A stretch of 35,848 nt of DNA from a virus (lineage: Duplodnaviria; Caudoviricetes): IMG/VR virus record IMGVR_UViG_3300048576_000483, positions 1 to 35,848 of that record; one strand, written 5' to 3'. Positions 1-8,533 of the stretch are shown piece by piece (position 1 is the first letter of the stretch; every line of letters begins with the position of its first letter). A model generated the notes under the pieces. It was given only the letters and a program-made list of their open reading frames with translations, did no database searches and was not told the DNA's origin. A program made the position numbers and the translations under genes.

Positions 1-1707
<1,707 letters not shown>

Positions 1708-1745
1708 CCGTCCGGTCTTTGGATAGCAACAGGGGGAGCAAAAAC

Positions 1746-1782
1746 CAAAAAGAGGTTACGCCACTGTTGGCATAACCTCTTG
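1746..1782 (-). terminator. Intrinsic terminator downstream of the tRNA 3' end
   Basis: Minus strand AAGAGGTTATGCCA-ACAG-TGGCGTAACCTCTT hairpin (one G-U pair) followed by a T run. Confidence 0.8.
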
Positions 1783-1789
1783 AAAATCT

Positions 1790-1839
1790 TGGCGGGCAAT
1801 GCGGGATTCGAACCCACGACCTTCGGCTCCGGAGGCCGA
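1790..1839 (-). pseudogene. 3' half of tRNA-Arg(CCG); prophage attachment-site duplication
   Basis: Minus strand TCGGC-CTCCGGA-GCCGA anticodon arm (CCG), AGGTC, GTGGG-TTCGAAT-CCCGC T arm, ATTGCCC-G-CCA end; no 5' acceptor strand or proper D arm upstream. Confidence 0.85.
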
Positions 1840-1945
1840 TTCATCCAATCTGCCAATAGGCTGTTTTCGTGTCTTTTGATTGACCATCTAGGCAGATACG
1901 CCAGCTCTGTTCTTCATGCCACACCTCCCCAATTCGAGCAAGTAG

Positions 1946-1965
1946 CTTATCCATTCACTTATCCA
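1946..1965. repeat. Direct repeat CTTATCCA x2, possible integrase arm-type sites
   Basis: CTTATCCA at 1946-1953 and 1958-1965, about 110 bp inside the att core. Confidence 0.4.
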
Positions 1966-2062
1966 GCCGCAGCGGTCGCCCCCTGCACCCCCACCTTTCG
2001 GGAAGGCTCGCCAACGGTCTCATGGGTGGCCCTGGCCCCTTCGAGCTGCCCCCTACCCCCGT

Positions 2063-2130
2063 GGGTCCTCCCTGGAGCCCCAATTACAGGGGTCGCGTGC
2101 AGCCCGGTCCTCCCGTCCACTGAAATTTTT
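2063..2130 (+). other. Putative lambda-like cos site (cosQ/cosN-like)
   Basis: GGGTCCT (same as lambda cosQ) at 2063-2069, then TTACAGGGGTCGCG (lambda cosN begins TTACGGGGCGGCG), then TGAAATTTTT; the phage encodes a GpA-type terminase. Confidence 0.6.
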
Positions 2131-2227
2131 GATCTTCTGATAATTTGGAAACACCTGAAATCGCGTATCATTCGTGCTACGCGTTATTCCAATTGTGTTA
2201 CCTTCTTGTCTCTGTGGAGGAATCAAT

Positions 2228-3742
2228 ATGCCTAAGGCTCAGCTCATTGATCTCAAGGACGTCCGAGCCCAGGTGCATGCAAGAGTAACTCAAGAGGCGC
2301 AGACGCTTGGGATTCCTGACGTTAAGGAAATCGAGATTCAGCCTCAGTTCGTCATGACTTGCTTCCAGGCGAATGAACTTGGCGACGGAGCTCTCTATGC
2401 TGCGCTGCACCGAAACCGCTACCTCTACAACAACGCCTCCCAGGAATGGCTTTGCTGGACGGGCCACCACTGGAAACGCGACTCGCTCCAGGAGGCGCTT
2501 TCCGGGGTGGAACATGTGGTCAACACCTATAGCCAGGAGCTGCCCAAAATGATTTCCGATGCATCGTTTTTCAAGGATTTGTACAAGCGAATCCAGCGCC
2601 TGCGCACAAATCGCGGCCGAAAGAACACCCTTGAGGCCGCCGTGACCTGCGGCGCGGACAGGCTGTCCATCGTCGGCGACGAGCTGGACTGCAAGCCGCT
2701 GCTCTTCCCCTGCGCGAATGGTGTCCTGGATCTGGAGACCGGCGCATTCCGGCCCGGCCGGCAGGAAGATTTGCTCCTGCGCGCATCGCCTGTCGAGTGG
2801 CTTGGGTATGACGCCCCGTGTCCGACCTGGCGCCGCTTCGTGCTGGAGATCATGCGCGGCCGCCAGGACATGGCCGACTTCCTGCAGCGCTATTTCGGGT
2901 ACTGCATCAGCGGGCTGATCAAGGAGCACTCCTTTGTGGTTTTGTGGGGCCGCGGGCGCAACGGCAAAGGGACGTTGGTCGAGACCATCAAGCAGATCCT
3001 GGGTCCGCTGAGCAAACCCGTCGCCTCTGAAATGCTCCTGGACCAGGGCAAATTCGGCGGCAAGAACGCCAGCGGCCCGAGCCCGGAGATCATGGGGCTG
3101 CTCGGCGTGCGGCTGGCCTGGGGATCGGAGACCGACGACGGCCGGCGCATCAGCCCCTCGCGCGTGAAGTGGCTCTCCGGCGGAGACACCCTCGTTGGCC
3201 GCCATCCCCACGACAAGTACGAGGTGAGTTTCAGCCCCACGCACAAGCTTGTGCTCCTCACCAACCACAAACCGGGCGCTCCGGCGGACGATTTCGCCTT
3301 CTGGGAGCGCTGCCTGCTCGTGCCGTTCGAACTCTCCTACGTCTTCCGCGATCCCAATCAGGAGTTTGAGCGCCGCGCGGACAAGGACCTTCCGGCCAAA
3401 CTTGCGGCCGAGTCATCGGGGATTCTGGCCTGGCTCGTGGAGGGCTTCCTGCGCTGGCAGAAGGAGGGCCTTTGCCCGCCGCCGGCCGTGCTCGACGCGA
3501 CGGCTGAGTATCGTTCGAGCGAGGACATCATGGGGCAGTTCGTGGCCGACTGCTGCGCCGTGGGCAGCGACAACCAGGTGGCGGCCACCGCCTTCTACGA
3601 GGCGTTCAAGGAGTGGTGGGAGTCGAACATCAGCAAGAACCCACCGGCCCAGAAGCGCTTCGGCAACCTCATGAAGGAGAAGTTCAAGAGCCGGAAGGTA
3701 GGCGGGAAATACTATTACTTCGGCGTCAAGATAGCGGATTAG
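2228..3742 (+). CDS. P4-family phage/plasmid primase C-terminal (D5-like SF3 helicase) protein
   Basis: GGAGG RBS then ATG 2228; D5_N-like WLCWTGHHW and CANGVLDLETG; Walker A GRGRNGKGT; VKWLSGGD; LLTNHKP; DFAFWER. Confidence 0.92.
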   Translation: MPKAQLIDLKDVRAQVHARVTQEAQTLGIPDVKEIEIQPQFVMTCFQANELGDGALYAALHRNRYLYNNASQEWLCWTGHHWKRDSLQEALSGVEHVVNTYSQELPKMISDASFFKDLYKRIQRLRTNRGRKNTLEAAVTCGADRLSIVGDELDCKPLLFPCANGVLDLETGAFRPGRQEDLLLRASPVEWLGYDAPCPTWRRFVLEIMRGRQDMADFLQRYFGYCISGLIKEHSFVVLWGRGRNGKGTLVETIKQILGPLSKPVASEMLLDQGKFGGKNASGPSPEIMGLLGVRLAWGSETDDGRRISPSRVKWLSGGDTLVGRHPHDKYEVSFSPTHKLVLLTNHKPGAPADDFAFWERCLLVPFELSYVFRDPNQEFERRADKDLPAKLAAESSGILAWLVEGFLRWQKEGLCPPPAVLDATAEYRSSEDIMGQFVADCCAVGSDNQVAATAFYEAFKEWWESNISKNPPAQKRFGNLMKEKFKSRKVGGKYYYFGVKIAD

Positions 3743-3756
3743 CATTGCTTTTTCTG

Positions 3757-3945
3757 GGGTCCGGTTGCGAAGACAGGACAGGACCGTCCACCGGATAGGA
3801 CCAAAAATCTCTATATTAAGAGAATAAATTTTAATCTTTAGAAAGTTCATCGGAGAAAAGGTCTTATGGTCTACAGACTCTCGCAAATTCTAGAGCCTCA
3901 ACACATTCCAGGCAGGACCGAGGGCAAGACCTTTGCGGGACCATC
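3757..3945. promoter_or_regulatory. Putative phage replication origin
   Basis: AT-rich core about 3803-3850 flanked by short (A/G)GACC repeats at 3779, 3796, 3912, 3924 and 3935, with inverted GGTCT at 3860 and 3868; lies between the two replication genes. Confidence 0.6.
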
Positions 3946-3954
3946 GGAGGCGTC

Positions 3955-5367
3955 ATGCTGACCATTCTGGATCTGCAGCGGCAGAAGGGCCTGGAACCAA
4001 AGCGTGTTTCGGCCTCCGAATGGGCCGGCCCATGTCCCGGATGCGGCGGGAAAGACCGTTTCCGGTCCTGGCCGGAAGCGCCCGACGGCGGCAATGGCTG
4101 GTGCCGCCAGTGCGAGTGGGGTGGCGACACCATCCAGTTCTGCCGGGATTTCCTCGGCATGGATTTCGGCGAAGCCTGCGAGCATGTCGGCCGGGACGCC
4201 AAGGTCTCGCCTACGCCGCGCCAAGCCCAGGCTCCGCGCGGGCAGCGCGCTTTCGTCGCGGCGCGGCCGGACCTGCCCCCGGCGCTCTGGCAGCAGCGCG
4301 CCGCCGATCTTGTGGCCTGGGCCCACGCCAAGCTGCTGCGTTCTCCGGAGCAGCTCGCCTACCTGGCCGGCCGCGGCATCAGCGAGGCGACCGCCCGCCG
4401 GTTCAGGCTCGGCTGGAACCCCGGCGAAAAGGGCGAAGACCTCTACCGCACGCGCGAATCGTGGGGCCTGCCGACCCTGCTCAAGGACGACGGCAAGACG
4501 CCGCGTCGGATCTGGATTCCACGGGGGATTGTGATCCCGGTTTTTGCGCCGCATGCCGGCACGGACAGTCCGGTGCGCCTGCGCATCCGCAGACCAAAGG
4601 AACACCTCCAGCCTGGGGAAGCGACAAAATACGTTGTTGTTTCCGGAAGTTCCGCGCACACGCTGGTCACGGACCGCGCCGCCCGGGCCTTCGTCATCGT
4701 CGAGGCCGAGTTCGACGCCATGCTCATCAGCCAGGCGCTCGGCGCGTCGTTGCCCGGCGCCGTGTCCGGAGTGGCGCTGGGCTCCCTGGCCTTCAAGCCG
4801 GACGCGGCCACCGACGAGCTGCTCACCCGGTCGCTGGCCGTGCTCGTGGCCCTGGACTACGAGCCCGTCAGCCCGGAGGAGGACAAGTCCAAGGCCGCCA
4901 ACCTTCGCCGGGTCTATGGCTGGTGGCTCGACCGCTACAAGCGGGCCGAGCGCTGGCCCGTGCCGCAGGGCAAGGATCCCGGCGACGCCTTTCAGGCGGG
5001 TGTGGACATTGCGGCTTGGGTTACTGCGGGGCTGCCTCCCGTGCTGCGCATCCGGGACGCCGAGCCCGCGACGGTCGGACCGTTGTCGTCTGGTGGGGTG
5101 GTTGCAAGGGGCGCGCGTTTGGATGTCCCGGGACATCTCGCCAGCCAGGCGGCGGAGCTGGCTCGGCATATGGCCGCCCATGGCATCACCATCCAGCGGG
5201 CGGACTCCGGCCGGATGGTCCCGCAGCGTGGCGAGGCCACCCCGGCCAGCGCCATGGAGGAAGTTGTTTTCCTCATACCAGACGACCTGTTGGTCTGGTT
5301 GGATAAATGTGGAGCGGGCGTTGTGACGGGAGAGACGCTGCAGCATGCAATTGGAGGTGTGCGATGA
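3955..5367 (+). CDS. DNA primase with P4-alpha-like zinc-binding domain and Toprim domain
   Basis: GPCPGCGGKDRF...WCRQCEWGGD zinc ribbon; YLAGRGI; Toprim motifs IVEAEFDA, VALDYE, GKDPGD; GGAGG RBS. Confidence 0.88.
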   Translation: MLTILDLQRQKGLEPKRVSASEWAGPCPGCGGKDRFRSWPEAPDGGNGWCRQCEWGGDTIQFCRDFLGMDFGEACEHVGRDAKVSPTPRQAQAPRGQRAFVAARPDLPPALWQQRAADLVAWAHAKLLRSPEQLAYLAGRGISEATARRFRLGWNPGEKGEDLYRTRESWGLPTLLKDDGKTPRRIWIPRGIVIPVFAPHAGTDSPVRLRIRRPKEHLQPGEATKYVVVSGSSAHTLVTDRAARAFVIVEAEFDAMLISQALGASLPGAVSGVALGSLAFKPDAATDELLTRSLAVLVALDYEPVSPEEDKSKAANLRRVYGWWLDRYKRAERWPVPQGKDPGDAFQAGVDIAAWVTAGLPPVLRIRDAEPATVGPLSSGGVVARGARLDVPGHLASQAAELARHMAAHGITIQRADSGRMVPQRGEATPASAMEEVVFLIPDDLLVWLDKCGAGVVTGETLQHAIGGVR

Positions 5368-5957
5368 CTCTGACATTGGAGATGTGGCCCATCGGGCGCT
5401 TGCGCGCCTATGAGCACAACCCGCGCAAGAATGACGCAGTAGTTCCAGATATGGTCAAATCCATCAAGGAATTTGGGTTTCGGTTGCCGATCCTGGCCAA
5501 ACCTGACGGAGAAGTGGTGGATGGTCATCTGCGGCTCAAGGCCGCCTTTGAGCTTGGTCTGACTGAGGTGCCCGTGCTGCTCGCTGACGACCTCACCGAA
5601 ACCCAGGTCAAGGCTTTCCGACTGCTTGCTAATCGCAGCGCCAATTGGGCCACCTGGGATAATGATTTGCTCGCGCAGGAGTTGGAATCAATTTCCAGCG
5701 AGGGATATGGTGAGGTTTTTTCCGGATTTTCGGCGGATGAAATTGAAGAAATCAATATGTTGGCGAGCCTTGAAGTCGTCGACGTTGAAAAATCGACCAT
5801 CGATGAGACAAAATTCGGCCGGGAGACTTCTATCAAGGTTGTTCTCCCGCCAGGCGATTTGAGAATTTTCGAACTGGCGATCCAAAAGACTGGAGAATTT
5901 AACCGCGCCGCCGCAGTGCGTGTTATCTGTGAGGCTTATTGTGGCGAAAAAAGATAA
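5364..5957 (+). CDS. ParB/Srx N-terminal domain protein with a short acidic C-terminus
   Basis: YEHNPRKND...SIKEFGFRLPIL...VVDGHLRLKAA...AFRLLANRS...WD; ATGA overlap with the primase stop; GGAGG RBS. Confidence 0.88.
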   Translation: MTLTLEMWPIGRLRAYEHNPRKNDAVVPDMVKSIKEFGFRLPILAKPDGEVVDGHLRLKAAFELGLTEVPVLLADDLTETQVKAFRLLANRSANWATWDNDLLAQELESISSEGYGEVFSGFSADEIEEINMLASLEVVDVEKSTIDETKFGRETSIKVVLPPGDLRIFELAIQKTGEFNRAAAVRVICEAYCGEKR

Positions 5958-6591
5958 TGCAGGCATACAGCATAAGGCTAGAATGCGGGAGTTGTTGCTT
6001 CGAGAAATAGCCGATCCGGTGATAATGGAGACCCATGCAGGGAGTGGGCATTTATACCGGTTGTGTTACTCGGCATATACCCGTGGAGTGGCGTTTGAAA
6101 TCAATAAAAAGAAAGCTGCTCTTCTTGCCTCACAGAGGCCATCTTGGGCAGTCTATAATAATGGCTGTGAGTATGCGCTGATGTCAGGTGTGGGATTTCA
6201 TCTGCCTCTGAACTTCTTTGACCTTGATCCGTACGGAGACCCCTGGCCCGTTTTGGATGCGCTTTTGACCAACCATGCCGTTCTCCCGGACCGCTGGGGT
6301 CTTGTCGTTAATGATGGTCTGCGCAGGTTCCTGATGCTCGGCTGCGGCTGGAAATCGAGAACTGTGGGCGAATATGTCGCCAAGGTTGGCAATACCCATG
6401 CAGGGGAGATCTACCCGGAGCTGTGCCGAGTTATCATGGAGGATAAACTCAGGCCTCACGGTATGGCCGTGACACGCTGGCTTGTCCACTCGTCCGGCCA
6501 TGGCGGCCAAATGACTCATTATGCGGCGGTCATCGAACGCGAAAAAAGCCCCCTCGAAGGCAGGGGGCTGATGCTTAGGCGGCTTGGGTGA
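5941..6591 (+). CDS. Putative SAM-dependent methyltransferase-fold protein (Trm1/TcmP-like DLDPYG motif)
   Basis: Motif I-like IMETHAGSG, acidic motif II VAFEIN, FFDLDPYGDPW; GTG start at 5941 after GAGG, overlapping the ParB gene end. Confidence 0.65.
   Translation: MAKKDNAGIQHKARMRELLLREIADPVIMETHAGSGHLYRLCYSAYTRGVAFEINKKKAALLASQRPSWAVYNNGCEYALMSGVGFHLPLNFFDLDPYGDPWPVLDALLTNHAVLPDRWGLVVNDGLRRFLMLGCGWKSRTVGEYVAKVGNTHAGEIYPELCRVIMEDKLRPHGMAVTRWLVHSSGHGGQMTHYAAVIEREKSPLEGRGLMLRRLG
6542..6569 (-). terminator. Intrinsic terminator of the radical SAM gene
   Basis: Minus strand AGCCCCCT-GCCTTCG-AGGGGGCT followed by TTTTT, about 35 bp past the radical SAM stop. Confidence 0.75.
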
Positions 6592-6602
6592 TGGTCACCA
6601 TG

Positions 6603-7349
6603 CTAGGCAGCGCGCTTGGTTCGACAGTTTTCCAGGTCGATTTTGATATACCGTGCCGCGCCATGTTCATCAAGCTTGGCCTCGGCGCGGTCCAAAAACT
6701 GGCCCCAGTCGATGGTCTTGGTGTGCGGGTGGTAGTTGAGCTTGCCGACCTTGTAGAGGTCGACAAAATCATGGGTCTGATCAACCAGGCGCAGGACCGC
6801 ATCCGGGTTGATGACGGGTTCAAAGCTCACCCAGGTTTCCAGGCCTGCCGCCTTGGCAAACTTGAGGGCCGCGATGCGGTCAGCGGGCAGCGCCGCTCCC
6901 GGCTCCCACGCCAGGGATTCGGCGGGATCGTCAGTGGTGAGGGTCGCAGCCCACACGCCGTTGGCCTTGGCCAGCAGATCGACGTCGCGCTTGATCGCCC
7001 ACAAGCCAGCCTTGGTGAGGATCTGGGGGCGCAGATTGTGCCGCTCCATGATCTGGAGGGCCTGGCGGGTCAGCTTAAGCTCCTTTTCGGCGGGCTGGTA
7101 CACGTCCGAAGTGAAGCTCATGAGGATGAGCTCCCGGCTGCCCGCCAGCTTCTCCGCGTCCTTGGCAAGTTGGGCCAGAGCACCCGGACGCTCACGGATA
7201 TAGGAGGCATCCGAGAACTTGGAGCGATCGGTAAACGTGGCGGCCGGGGCAAAACAGTAGGAGCAGGCGTGGGCACAGCCCTTGTAGAGGTTGGCGGCCA
7301 GGGCCGAATATTCGCGGGCTTTGCCTCTGGGCTCGTAGATGATGGGCAT
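6603..7349 (-). CDS. Radical SAM protein, spore photoproduct lyase-like / DUF5131-related
   Basis: NLYKGCAHACSYCFA (CxxxCxxC), SDVYQPAE, QILTK, WVSFEPV; GGAGGAG RBS before ATG 7349. Confidence 0.88.
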   Translation of the reverse strand: MPIIYEPRGKAREYSALAANLYKGCAHACSYCFAPAATFTDRSKFSDASYIRERPGALAQLAKDAEKLAGSRELILMSFTSDVYQPAEKELKLTRQALQIMERHNLRPQILTKAGLWAIKRDVDLLAKANGVWAATLTTDDPAESLAWEPGAALPADRIAALKFAKAAGLETWVSFEPVINPDAVLRLVDQTHDFVDLYKVGKLNYHPHTKTIDWGQFLDRAEAKLDEHGAARYIKIDLENCRTKRAA

Positions 7350-7395
7350 ATGGGCGTCTCCTCCGGTTATGGGTTGATCCGCTATCCACGGGCCC

Positions 7396-7424
7396 AATAT
7401 ATGCCGATTTTTTTTAAAAATCAA
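7396..7424 (-). promoter_or_regulatory. Sigma70-type promoter of the radical SAM gene
   Basis: TTGATT (7424-7419), 17 bp spacer, TATATT (7401-7396). Confidence 0.6.
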
Positions 7425-7508
7425 GCAATTTCAGGTAGCTATGTAAAATATAAACATAGTCATATCGATGTGTAAGCCGTGTAAGGCGAATATTTATTCG
7501 GGGGAGTC

Positions 7509-8291
7509 ATGACCGATTTATCCGAGCTGGTCGCAAAATCGAATTCCGTCGATGCCGGAAGTTTGCTCGCTGTCAAGGAGCGCGCTCGGCGCGAGATGAA
7601 AGAAAACCCCTCAAGCCAAAATATCGCAGTCTATAATGCCGCGCGTAAGGCTTTGGATGCCGTAGTCCGTGGGCAAGAGACAAAAAAAGTAAATAATGAA
7701 AGTAAATTAGCCTCAATAAAGGAAGTAATCCGCTTCCTTGAGACCGAGGGCTACGCCTCGACCACCAGCGTCTACCGGCACCGGAAGGAGGGCAAGCTCA
7801 AGCCCGATGCGGACGGGTCATTCAGCGAGGCGGCAGTGCTGCGCTACGCCAAGGCTAACTTGAGGCAGATGGCCACAGGCCTCAAGGACAGCGAGGACGC
7901 TGCGCTGCGCCAGGACAAACTGGCCGAGGCGCGCGAAGAACTTATCCGCGAGCAGACCCGGCTGGCCCGGCGCAAGCGCGAAATTGAGGAGGGCAAATGG
8001 GTGCCCAAGGCCGGAGTGGCCCAGGACCTGGCCATGCGCGCGGTGATGCTCAAGACCGGCCTCAAGCAACTCATCACGTCGAGCGTCAGCGATTGGATCC
8101 ATCTGGTGGGCGGCGACCCCCGCCGCGCTCCGGATCTGCTCCGGGCCATGCTGGAGGGCCATGAGCGTCTGCTCTCGGACTATGCCCGCGCGGACAACAT
8201 CACACTCATCATCGAGCCGGCGACGCGAGAGGATCAAGACCCTGGCCAGGAGCTCCCACTGGCGCAGACGGACGAAGGGGGTTGTCTATGA
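7509..8291 (+). CDS. Probable terminase small subunit (Nu1-like)
   Basis: HTH-like segment (STTSVYRHRKEGKL), coiled coil ending REIEEGKWVP, position upstream of the large terminase. Confidence 0.7.
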   Translation: MTDLSELVAKSNSVDAGSLLAVKERARREMKENPSSQNIAVYNAARKALDAVVRGQETKKVNNESKLASIKEVIRFLETEGYASTTSVYRHRKEGKLKPDADGSFSEAAVLRYAKANLRQMATGLKDSEDAALRQDKLAEAREELIREQTRLARRKREIEEGKWVPKAGVAQDLAMRAVMLKTGLKQLITSSVSDWIHLVGGDPRRAPDLLRAMLEGHERLLSDYARADNITLIIEPATREDQDPGQELPLAQTDEGGCL

Positions 8292-8533
8292 TCTCCCTGC
8301 AGCGTGGCCAGGTCGTCGTCATCAGCCCCTCCATCCGCGGCGGCCGGCCGGTGCGCGTGCGCGTAGAGGGGTACGATCAGCGCGGATTCTACGTCGGCAT
8401 GCAGCTCGGGCTCTCCAAGTCCGAGCGTCTGGCCGGCGGCATCCCGCCCCTGCGCGTTTTCCGCGTGGCGCGCATCATGGCCGTGCGCGTGCCCGAAGGC
8501 CTGCAACTGGTTCTGCCGGGAGTCTACCGTTGA
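8288..8533 (+). CDS. Hypothetical phage protein
   Basis: ATGA overlap with the upstream gene and TGATG overlap with the terminase gene. Confidence 0.6.
   Translation: MISLQRGQVVVISPSIRGGRPVRVRVEGYDQRGFYVGMQLGLSKSERLAGGIPPLRVFRVARIMAVRVPEGLQLVLPGVYR

Noticed and set aside
1790-1866. Intact tRNA-Arg gene
   Set aside because: The sequence upstream of the anticodon arm cannot form the D arm or pair with the acceptor strand ATTGCCC; only the 3' part is present.
1946-1965. DnaA boxes
   Set aside because: TTATCCA matches only 7 of 9 positions of TTATCCACA; location next to att fits integrase arm sites better.
1780-2235. 151-aa ORF across the att/cos region
   Set aside because: Overlaps the tRNA fragment and cis sites, has no RBS or recognisable motifs.
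5364-5957. Plasmid-type ParABS partition system
   Set aside because: No parA gene, no ParB HTH/dimerisation region, and the phage is integrated.
6588-7475. 295-aa plus-strand ORF
   Set aside because: Antisense shadow of the radical SAM gene, which has clear motifs, RBS, promoter and terminator.
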